From a virus, in IMG/VR virus record IMGVR_UViG_3300049215_000686, positions 32,001 through 96,000 of that record: a stretch of 64,000 bases of DNA; one strand, given 5' to 3'. Position 1 is the stretch's first letter. Every line of letters begins with the position of its first letter. The position numbers and the translations under genes are program-made. This document shows positions 38,105-45,713 of this stretch, piece after piece. Under the pieces are notes generated by a model that saw only the letters and a list, made by a program, of their open reading frames with translations, ran no database searches and was not told where the DNA came from.

Positions 38105-38161
38105 TGCATGAATCCTCCCTAGTGGAAGGTCATGCGTCCTCGAATGTGCTTCATAATTTTT

Positions 38162-38236
38162 TGGTGGGGCCGAAGAGAATCGAACTCTTTCCTGGCAGAT
38201 TAAAAGTCTGCGGTGCCGCCTTTACACCACGACCCC
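38162..38236 (-). tRNA. tRNA-Lys(TTT)
   Basis: GCAGA-CTTTTAA-TCTGC; CCA. Confidence 0.9.
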
Positions 38237-38240
38237 AATT

Positions 38241-38315
38241 TGGCGGGATCGCAGAGACTTGAACTCTGATACACGGATTAAGAGTCCGCTGTAATAGCCG
38301 TTATACGACGATCCC
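38241..38315 (-). tRNA. tRNA-Lys(CTT)
   Basis: GGGATCG/CGATCCC-G-CCA; GCGGA-CTCTTAA-TCCGT. Confidence 0.9.
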
Positions 38316-38368
38316 CAATTTTTCCTTTCGTTTTCGTTTGTGTCGTTTCATATCGTTCCTTTAAATTT

Positions 38369-38443
38369 TGGCTCCAGGGGCAGGTTACGCTCCTGCATAT
38401 GACGCGTTAACAGCGCGTTCCTTTACTAGTCAGGCACCCTGGA
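38369..38443 (-). tRNA. tRNA-Asn(GTT), atypical T loop
   Basis: TCCAGGG/CCCTGGA-G-CCA; ACGCG-CTGTTAA-CGCGT; T loop AGCGTAA. Confidence 0.82.
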
Positions 38444-38831
38444 ATATATCTTTTCTTAAGCCCCGAATCTTACACGAACTGAAAGTCCCTCTCGCCATCC
38501 CAACAATTTTACAAGCATCATGTTCTGAATGTCCTAATTCTATAAGTTCAAGAACCTTAATGAACTTTTCATCAGAAATAGTCCTGGCTTCGGACTGGGG
38601 AATATCTTTAAATCTCTCACTCAAGTCTTTCTTTGTTTTTTCTAAATGGCATGACCGACAAAGCACTTGACATTTTTTAAGTTCCGCGTCTCTTTTAGAT
38701 TGAGTCCAACTCCAAATACGTGAAGAAACTTTAGTTTTAGGATCAATATGATCTAATTCCAATTCTTGCCATGATCCACATTGAACACAAGGTCCCTTTG
38801 CATCAAACCATTCCTTACGTCTTCTCGCCAT
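38430..38831 (-). CDS. HNH endonuclease with C-terminal HTH-like region
   Basis: CVQCG....LELDHIDP...KCQVLCRSCH. Confidence 0.85.
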   Translation of the reverse strand: MARRRKEWFDAKGPCVQCGSWQELELDHIDPKTKVSSRIWSWTQSKRDAELKKCQVLCRSCHLEKTKKDLSERFKDIPQSEARTISDEKFIKVLELIELGHSEHDACKIVGMARGTFSSCKIRGLRKDIFQGA

Positions 38832-38906
38832 CCATTCCCTTTGATACTTTCAAAGGTACTCCCTTCTTTCTTCCCTGATCGGCATATATACAACATACCG
38901 ATCGCC

Positions 38907-38949
38907 AAAAAACGAAAACCCCGCTCAATCTTTTACGACTGGCGGGGTT
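38907..38949 (-). terminator. attenuator terminator of the Asn/Lys/Tyr/Ala/Phe/Trp tRNA operon
   Basis: AACCCCGC-CAGTC-GTAAAA-GATTG-A-GCGGGGTT-TTCGTTTTTT. Confidence 0.85.
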
Positions 38950-38976
38950 CTTAGAATCTTTTTTGTTTAAACAAAC

Positions 38977-39057
38977 TTACAAGAAAGATTTCACCCCGCG
39001 AGCCACCCAATTGGTCGCATTATTTTTAAAGTTATAGGCGAAATAATTCTTGTTCAT
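38977..39057 (-). CDS. leader peptide MNKNYFAYNFKNNATNWVARGVKSFL
   Basis: Translated by hand; TATAAT at 39067-39072; internal GCGGGGT is complementary to the terminator 5' arm. Confidence 0.8.
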   Translation of the reverse strand: MNKNYFAYNFKNNATNWVARGVKSFL

Positions 39058-39101
39058 ATATTTACTATTATACCTTTTTTTGCTAGATCGCAACTTTATT
39101 T

Positions 39102-39371
39102 TCACTTTTTTACAGCAGGTGACGGACTCGGAGCGGGAGCCGGCGACGCATTGGAAGCAACGGGCTTACTCCAGCAAACTTCTCCGCCCTTTGAAAGGTA
39201 ACAAATCACCTCAGTCGTTTCGCACCGAGAAAAACCAACCTTTTTATCTAACTGCAAACAAAACTTTCCCTGGATTACGGGCTTTTCTTCTTTCTTTGAT
39301 TCTTTTGCAAAGGCCAGCGAAGAAACCAACATCATTAAAAAAATCCATTTTCGCATAATGTTCTCTCTCAT
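39102..39371 (-). CDS. small secreted protein
   Basis: MRKWIFLMMLVSSLAFA signal peptide; 4 Cys; PAPAPSP tail. Confidence 0.6.
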   Translation of the reverse strand: MRENIMRKWIFLMMLVSSLAFAKESKKEEKPVIQGKFCLQLDKKVGFSRCETTEVICYLSKGGEVCWSKPVASNASPAPAPSPSPAVKK

Positions 39372-39379
39372 TCTAAAAA

Positions 39380-39800
39380 TGGTGGAGGTGGGCGGAATTG
39401 AACCGCCGTCCAGAATCTTTCAGTCACCAAGTCATTCACACGCATATCTGGTTTTACGATCCAGCAATCAGGGTACGACCCGTTTTACCGAGTCTCCACC
39501 ACTTGGTTTATGTCCAAGAACAGGAGAGGCGTTTCCGCGTCCACCAGCCGCCAGTTTAACGTCTCGACGACCCGACGTTTTTGCCTTTCTTCTGTTTCTC
39601 GGCTCAGGCAGCCTCATTGTTTCCTAACCTAGGTCAGGCTACAAGGCGGAGATCAGCCTTACGGCTGAAATCCACGCGAACGACGTTGTCATTAGCATTT
39701 GTTGTTTGCATCTTTGTTTCCGGGGAATCCCCAAGGCAGCCTCATGCTCTGCCTGCGCGCACTCAATTTCCTCGTTATCCTGTCGAAACCTGTCACCCCC
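39380..39800 (-). ncRNA. ssrA: tmRNA; tag peptide ANDNVVRVDFSRKADLRLVA* (39634-39696)
   Basis: 5' GGGGGTGACAGGTTTCGACAG; 3' GACGGCGGTTCAATTCCGCCCACCTCCACCA with G3:U70; AND-type resume codon. Confidence 0.93.
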
Positions 39801-39810
39801 ACATTAAAAG

Positions 39811-40035
39811 TTATCCCTCTAATTCTAAATCAATTTCGGAGACCTTCTCTTTTGTTGCTTCATTGAGATGCCCCGCCCACTCGATTTCTTGCTTTAACCA
39901 AGGGTAAAGATATAGGCGAAAAAACGCAAGAACATCTCGACTCTTTGTTTGGGCCGCCTGATCATAAATCTCAATCAGTTTTTCTACCCGAATCGCCGCT
40001 TCACTCATCTCAATGATTTCGGTGAGAGCGCCCAT
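39811..40035 (-). CDS. hypothetical protein
   Basis: AAGGGG SD; 74 aa. Confidence 0.55.
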   Translation of the reverse strand: MGALTEIIEMSEAAIRVEKLIEIYDQAAQTKSRDVLAFFRLYLYPWLKQEIEWAGHLNEATKEKVSEIDLELEG

Positions 40036-40158
40036 TTTATGGTCCCCTTATTTCGTTGATTCACAATGTTAATATACCAAAACGGCTATTTTATAAGAGT
40101 TCCAGGCGTGTCCAACTTGACACATTGTATAAATTGGGCGTTGCGTTATTCTTGGGAT

Positions 40159-41670
40159 ATGAAGATCCAACGTCTTTTAATAATTTTGGTCAGTGGGTTC
40201 CTTATTGAGATCACGCTTTCGGCCTGTAATGCACCTACCGATGCGAACACTCAAACCAATGATTCTTCTCAATCTTCGACACAAGACGATGTTTCCAGCA
40301 GCCCTGGCAATTCAGCCGATCAAGGAAATTCACAATCTTCAAATGCAAATTCGAACTCAAGTAATTCCCCTAAAGGAAAAGGACCATCTCAGCCAGTCCC
40401 CAATCCTTCATCTACGGCTTCACCTTCCCCTACACCAACGCCGACTCCTACACCAACTCCTACGCCAACGAATTCAGCGCCGGTAATGAGCACTCTCAAT
40501 CAATCGGGAGCAGAAAATAGCGCATTGGTATTTAATTTGGTCGCCAACGATGCCGACAACGATCCTTTAACTTATTCTTGTGTGTCAAGTTGTCCTGCCG
40601 GGCTGACAGTTGATGGGCCGACCGGCAATGTGGAATGGACGCCTGCTTTTGGTACAGCCGGGACCTATCATGTCAACTTCGGAGTATCTGATGGAGTGAA
40701 CCCCCAAGTCACCCAGTCAGTCCAAATTACAATCGCTCACACCAATCGGCCCCCTGTCATTCAGCCGCTTACGTCTCAAAGCGTGAGTACTGGACAGACT
40801 TTAACCATCACTCCCGTTATTTCAGATCCAGACCAGGATGCCTTAACTTTAACCATGAATAACCCTCTGCCCGCCAACTCTGCTTTTAATGGTACTTCTT
40901 TCAGTTTTAGCCCCACCAACGCACAAGCCGGACAATATACCGTGACCTTTAATCTCAGCGATGGTGTTTTAACGACTTCTGAAAGAGTGACTATCACATC
41001 AAACTCGGTGAACATCGCGCCGCAAATGGCTTCGATCGCCAGCCAAAGTATTTCCCAACAACAGCCCATTACATTTGCCGTTTCCGCGACCGATGCGAAC
41101 AATGATCCGTTAGTCTACAGCAGCGCGAATCTTCCAGCAGGAGCGACTTTTGCTAATAATCAATTCTCTTGGACACCTTCTTGCGGACAAAACGGGACTT
41201 ATACGCCGACCTTTACGGTAACCGATACCGGAGGTTTGACGGATACAAAATCGCCCACAATCACGGTTTCAGCCAGCGACTATTACACAGTTACTTGGAA
41301 CTCCAACATTGCTCCCTCATTATCGGGAACAAACGGAAACTCGACAAATGCCTATGCGGGAATCGGGTTTTATCTCGGAGCAGGAGGACTGACCTATTCC
41401 TATGTTGCTGAATTCGATTGTAATAACAAGACATGGAATAAGGCATGGAATGCTGGAACAAGGACGCTTTCGGTAACAAATCCGTTTGGGAGTCTCGATC
41501 CCGGCAAACATTCCTTCTTGGTCTATGTTCAAGACTCTTGTGGAACGAAATATTACCGCTTCATTCAGGTCACGGGATATAACGGCAGTTTCTCGATTCA
41601 GAAATCAGACCAAGGAGCGACTTATTCAACCGCTGGACTTTGTGGTGGAGGCCATGTTTATCAGCATTAA
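40159..41670 (+). CDS. surface lipoprotein with PT linker and three cadherin/Ig-like repeats
   Basis: MKIQRLLII...TLSA-C lipobox; PTPTPT linker; N.(A/P)P...D.D.D.L...LP.GA...WTP repeats. Confidence 0.8.
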   Translation: MKIQRLLIILVSGFLIEITLSACNAPTDANTQTNDSSQSSTQDDVSSSPGNSADQGNSQSSNANSNSSNSPKGKGPSQPVPNPSSTASPSPTPTPTPTPTPTPTNSAPVMSTLNQSGAENSALVFNLVANDADNDPLTYSCVSSCPAGLTVDGPTGNVEWTPAFGTAGTYHVNFGVSDGVNPQVTQSVQITIAHTNRPPVIQPLTSQSVSTGQTLTITPVISDPDQDALTLTMNNPLPANSAFNGTSFSFSPTNAQAGQYTVTFNLSDGVLTTSERVTITSNSVNIAPQMASIASQSISQQQPITFAVSATDANNDPLVYSSANLPAGATFANNQFSWTPSCGQNGTYTPTFTVTDTGGLTDTKSPTITVSASDYYTVTWNSNIAPSLSGTNGNSTNAYAGIGFYLGAGGLTYSYVAEFDCNNKTWNKAWNAGTRTLSVTNPFGSLDPGKHSFLVYVQDSCGTKYYRFIQVTGYNGSFSIQKSDQGATYSTAGLCGGGHVYQH

Positions 41671-41709
41671 AAAAAGGCCAGATCGACTTCTTGCAAATCG
41701 ATCTGGCCC
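41669..41709. terminator. intrinsic terminator hairpin
   Basis: GGCCAGATCGA...TCGATCTGGCC, with the U tract on the - strand. Confidence 0.75.
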
Positions 41710-41832
41710 CGAGAGAGAGGAGTAGTATGAGCCGCTTCTTGCGGAACTCATCCACTCTGAGCGAGCAGCCATAAAAAAGCAAATGAAAAACTCTTATTTA
41801 AAGATATCAGACACAATGGTATTTTTAAAAAA

Positions 41833-43392
41833 ATGAAAGCAAATGAAATCCCAATTGGCACCCCTTTCGGAGACTGGATAACGCTAAGCGTCTATGATCC
41901 TGTCACGAAACGAATTCTTTGCCGTTGTGTTTGCCAAACGGTTAAATCGATATCTGCCGGATCTCTCATCAATAAAGACTCCACTGGATGTGGCTGTAAG
42001 GCCAAAGAAAAGCGCCGTCAAACTCGAATCAACCAAGGAGACTTTCAAGACTTAACCGGAAAACGTTTCGGTAACTGGTTAGTCCTTTCAAAATCAATAG
42101 CCCCCAATAAATATTGGGTTCAATGCGAAGGCTGCCAAAATGTAAAAAAAGAAGTTTGGGCAGGATCCTTACTTCAAGGAAAGTCAAAGGGCTGTAATAA
42201 GTGTGGGGTCAAGCAGTATCGAGAAACTATGAAGAAAAAGTACGGTGAAGAACATCCGCTTCGATTAAAGGAATTTAAGGAAAAACAAATTCAAACTAAT
42301 TTACAGCGCTATGAAAAAGAAAACCCGGCCCAAAATTCTATCATTAAAAAAAAGATGGAATCGACACTCTTTCTCCGTCACGGCGTAAAAAACGCAATGC
42401 AATGTCCTAAAATCAGACAAAAAGCCGAGCAAACAACTTTAGCAAAATATGGAGTAAAAAATATCCTTCAGTCCGAATCCGTTCGGGAAAAACTTCTTAA
42501 AGAATCTTCCCAAGGAGAAAAAGACATTCAAGCGTTCCTTCATTCTTTAAATATCCAAACCCACTCTAAAATTTGCCAAATAGGGGATAAAGTTCATCAA
42601 TTTGATCTTTATGATGATCAAACAAAAATCGCCATCGAATACAATGGAGAATACTGGCATAGCGAATCGGCAAAAAGAGGAAGGAATTACCATCAAGACA
42701 AAAACCGCGATGCAGAAACCCTCGGAATTCGACTTATTCACATTTTCGAATTGGAATGGAAATCAAAAAAAGAGCAGATTAAAGGATTCCTTAAAAGCGC
42801 ATTTGGTAAAAACGAAATTCGGATCTTTGCTCGAAAATGTGAAATCAAAAAAACAGAAAAAGAATCCGCCCGTGAGTTCTTAAATCAATATCATATTCAA
42901 GGAGCAGGTCCGGGAGGATTTCACTACGGGCTCTTCTATGATCAAGCCCTCATCGCAATTATGACGATTAGCAACCATCACCGAATCCCCCATGAAAAAA
43001 TCATGTCTCGCTGGTGTGTAAAAAATAACATCACAATAAGTGGCGGGCTCAGCCGTCTGATTGAATTTGCGATGCGAGATCTTAATATTACAGAAATTAC
43101 AACTTGGGCTGACTTACGCTGGAGTACCGGTAACGGTTATCTAAAATCCGGCTGGGAACTCATCTCAAGAATTCCTCCCGATTACTTTTATTATGACGCA
43201 TCTGCTCGGAAAATAATATCAAAACAAAGTAGGAGAAAATCAGCAGTCGGAACACCGCCAGGAATGACGGAAAGAGAACATGCCGTCCAAGATGGACTTC
43301 ATCGAATTTGGGATTGTGGCAAATTAAAACTTTGTTATCGCTTAAAAAATAAAAAAGGGACGCCAGATATTCCGGCGTCCCCAATCTATTAG
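41833..43392 (+). CDS. homing-endonuclease-like protein (zinc-finger repeats, KYG repeats, PD-(D/E)xK nuclease, C-terminal GNAT-like region)
   Basis: DLTGKRFGNW; KYGVKN; FDLY..IAIEYNGEYWHS; IFARKC..HIQG..ADLRWS..IWDCG; AT-rich and antisense to neighbours. Confidence 0.75.
   Translation: MKANEIPIGTPFGDWITLSVYDPVTKRILCRCVCQTVKSISAGSLINKDSTGCGCKAKEKRRQTRINQGDFQDLTGKRFGNWLVLSKSIAPNKYWVQCEGCQNVKKEVWAGSLLQGKSKGCNKCGVKQYRETMKKKYGEEHPLRLKEFKEKQIQTNLQRYEKENPAQNSIIKKKMESTLFLRHGVKNAMQCPKIRQKAEQTTLAKYGVKNILQSESVREKLLKESSQGEKDIQAFLHSLNIQTHSKICQIGDKVHQFDLYDDQTKIAIEYNGEYWHSESAKRGRNYHQDKNRDAETLGIRLIHIFELEWKSKKEQIKGFLKSAFGKNEIRIFARKCEIKKTEKESAREFLNQYHIQGAGPGGFHYGLFYDQALIAIMTISNHHRIPHEKIMSRWCVKNNITISGGLSRLIEFAMRDLNITEITTWADLRWSTGNGYLKSGWELISRIPPDYFYYDASARKIISKQSRRKSAVGTPPGMTEREHAVQDGLHRIWDCGKLKLCYRLKNKKGTPDIPASPIY
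43351..43382 (-). terminator. terminator after major capsid gene
   Basis: GGGACGCC-loop-GGCGTCCC followed by T6 on the - strand. Confidence 0.8.
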
Positions 43393-43406
43393 AGAACAGA
43401 ATTCGC

Positions 43407-44921
43407 TTAGGCGACTCCGATGTTCTCGATGACGCCGCTCTTACGAGGGGCGAAGAGAATCAATGCGCCAGCAAGCCAGAGCAAGAATTCCTTAGCGGTA
43501 GAAATCGCCGCTAGATTGATTTTGAGCAGTGGGCTCAATTGTCTCCAAATCATCACTTCCGGACGCATATCCAGCATATAAGCCGAAGCAGCACCAGGAG
43601 CGCGATTTCCAAGATCCGTGAACAGCGTAGCGCTGCCGGTTCTTGCGACATAACCGATGAACAACGCCGAGCCAGTGCCCAAGTTGTTCGTGCGGTAAAC
43701 CGCGTAATGAGTCGGCTGATTGCCAGCAGACGGATCGGAGATCTTGAAGGTAACATTGTTACCATCCGTAGCGATCGTAACCGCTACAGAAGTAATGAAT
43801 GCAGCGCTTTCGCCCTGCTCATTCACCGAGGTAACGCTGTAGACGTAAACGTCACCAGCCTTCAATTTCGAACTAGCCGCAGTCTGATCCATGCTGTTTC
43901 CAGAACCCGCAGCGACCGAAGCCGCAGCAGCGTTCTTGAGGTCAGCAGGAGCGCCAGGCACACCCATACGATCCGGATTCGCCTTGGTTCCCTGTTTTTG
44001 TTTCAGGAACACGTTCGGACGAAGTTGAATTCCTCCAGCCGTGGTCACCATCTCGCGAACGATATAACCCGCACGGCCACTTTCGACGCCGAGTTGGTTT
44101 ACGCGTTCTTTTGGATAGAACTGCTTAATGAAATCCGACAACTGCTTCGGAGGAAGGTGCAATTCCGAAGGGCGACCGAAGTTCTCAACCAACACGTTGG
44201 CTTCGAATTCGATATCGCTTTCGTTCAGAATGTCCCCATCTTTCGAAAGGATTACGGTCTGACTTCCGCCGTATCCATCAAAAGCGCGGGCCTGAGCAGC
44301 GAAATCACCATCGCCAGAACGGATCTGTTGCTCGATACCATTCAGGTTAAGATTCTGCATCTTGATCGGGATCGCAGCGACCAATCCATCGAACTTACCG
44401 GCGTTGCTGTAATCAGCATTACCTTTGTAAAGTTCGCGCTCAAGTTTCTCAAGCATCCAAAGCGTCCCGTTCTGGGTCTCAAGCGACTCGATGTCATTGC
44501 CGAAATTCTGGCGAACCAGAGTTGCAGCAAGCGAAACACCACGTCGGGTCGAGAAGAACATGACCTTTTGTGCATGCCGATTATACTCGGCGTCGTTCAT
44601 CACAGGCGAGCCGCTTTCAGGGATGTATGGCGAGCCACCATCACCGTAGGCGGTCGTGCGAACATATTGCTCAGCGAGCGAATATGCGCGATCTTGGCTA
44701 ATTGACGGCCACATGACCAAATTCGTCGCATCGTAAGTCACGCTTTTAAGCGTTCCATCAATGCTTTCCACACCCAAAGCACCACCACCCACCAATTGGG
44801 TAGGAGCACCAAGATAGCCATGACCCACCTGAAGAGTCTTTAACAACTCCTCACCCTGGTTCGAGTCCATCGCTTGCGATGCACCGGCTCCGATTTCTAC
44901 TGAAAAAAGATCATCAAACAT
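43407..44921 (-). CDS. major capsid protein
   Basis: GGGAL.VESIDGTLK, EQY.R...YG, FDGL, L.PLLKINLA motifs of SPO1/Twort-type capsids; GGAGG SD; biased codon use. Confidence 0.85.
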   Translation of the reverse strand: MFDDLFSVEIGAGASQAMDSNQGEELLKTLQVGHGYLGAPTQLVGGGALGVESIDGTLKSVTYDATNLVMWPSISQDRAYSLAEQYVRTTAYGDGGSPYIPESGSPVMNDAEYNRHAQKVMFFSTRRGVSLAATLVRQNFGNDIESLETQNGTLWMLEKLERELYKGNADYSNAGKFDGLVAAIPIKMQNLNLNGIEQQIRSGDGDFAAQARAFDGYGGSQTVILSKDGDILNESDIEFEANVLVENFGRPSELHLPPKQLSDFIKQFYPKERVNQLGVESGRAGYIVREMVTTAGGIQLRPNVFLKQKQGTKANPDRMGVPGAPADLKNAAAASVAAGSGNSMDQTAASSKLKAGDVYVYSVTSVNEQGESAAFITSVAVTIATDGNNVTFKISDPSAGNQPTHYAVYRTNNLGTGSALFIGYVARTGSATLFTDLGNRAPGAASAYMLDMRPEVMIWRQLSPLLKINLAAISTAKEFLLWLAGALILFAPRKSGVIENIGVA

Positions 44922-44949
44922 TTACGTTTTCCTCCTGATCTCGGCCCGG

Positions 44950-45684
44950 TTATTCGCTAAGAATGCCCAAGGCTTTTAGTTTTTCGTCGTCCCCCTTCAT
45001 CAACCGTCCTTGCTCGACTCGGGTAATGAAAGTGGTGTCCACACGCGGATCTCCGGACTTTTTGAGTTCCAGGAGTTTGCCGACAAGTTCACCCTTACGG
45101 AGTGGTGCCGGTCCCTCGTTTTTCTTAAGAGGCTGATATCCAGCAAGACCTTTGCGCTCTTTCGGTTGAGCCGCGATTTTCTTGACGGTTTCAGCAACAT
45201 TTTGAACTGTCTTTGCGAGAGCCTCAAAACGATCATCGAAAGATTTACGAAGATCCGAAAACTGTTCGCCAGCCTCTTCGGATTTCTTCATAGATGGTTT
45301 TTCTGCGGCTTTTTCGACTTTCGCCATCAAGCCACGCTTTTCCATCTTAGTGATGAGGGATTTGTAAGTTGCCATCAACTTATCGTCGTCTTCCTCTTCT
45401 TCGCTTTCTTTCTCTTTATCTTTCTTGTCTTCTTTGTCGCCTTCTTTAGCCATGATTCCAGCCGTAGAAGCGTCACCGATTCCGGGAGTAGACACGGGCT
45501 TTGGCTTCACTTGCATGCCACCGCTCACATCCATCGCATCATCGATACCCATCTGGGCCTTTTTCATGTCACCAGAAGAACCCACTTCGGTTTCATAAAT
45601 TGCCAAAGCCTCGTCCAGAACATCTGCGACGGCCTTAAGCAATTCTTCTTGCGAAGTTTTCTTTTCGGTATTTTCTGTAGCCAT
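44950..45684 (-). CDS. capsid scaffold-like protein
   Basis: Acidic/charged coiled coil upstream of capsid with many K-S/K-A motifs. Confidence 0.7.
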   Translation of the reverse strand: MATENTEKKTSQEELLKAVADVLDEALAIYETEVGSSGDMKKAQMGIDDAMDVSGGMQVKPKPVSTPGIGDASTAGIMAKEGDKEDKKDKEKESEEEEDDDKLMATYKSLITKMEKRGLMAKVEKAAEKPSMKKSEEAGEQFSDLRKSFDDRFEALAKTVQNVAETVKKIAAQPKERKGLAGYQPLKKNEGPAPLRKGELVGKLLELKKSGDPRVDTTFITRVEQGRLMKGDDEKLKALGILSE

Positions 45685-45713
45685 TTATATTGACTCCTGT
45701 CCTTAAATTTAGA

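Noticed and set aside
38430-38831. HNH as a group I intron inside a tRNA
   Set aside because: tRNA-Asn is complete and uninterrupted, and no intron core was seen; the HNH is free-standing
36209-39907. ORF-track ORFs over the tRNA/tmRNA region (36209, 36586, 36593, 36677, 36768, 37382, 38368, 39358, 39581)
   Set aside because: They overlap structured RNA genes or attenuators and have no protein features
43539-44705. 388-aa + strand ORF opposite the capsid gene (also 45010-45693 and 5581-6168)
   Set aside because: Antisense shadows of strongly codon-biased structural genes; no motifs or RBS
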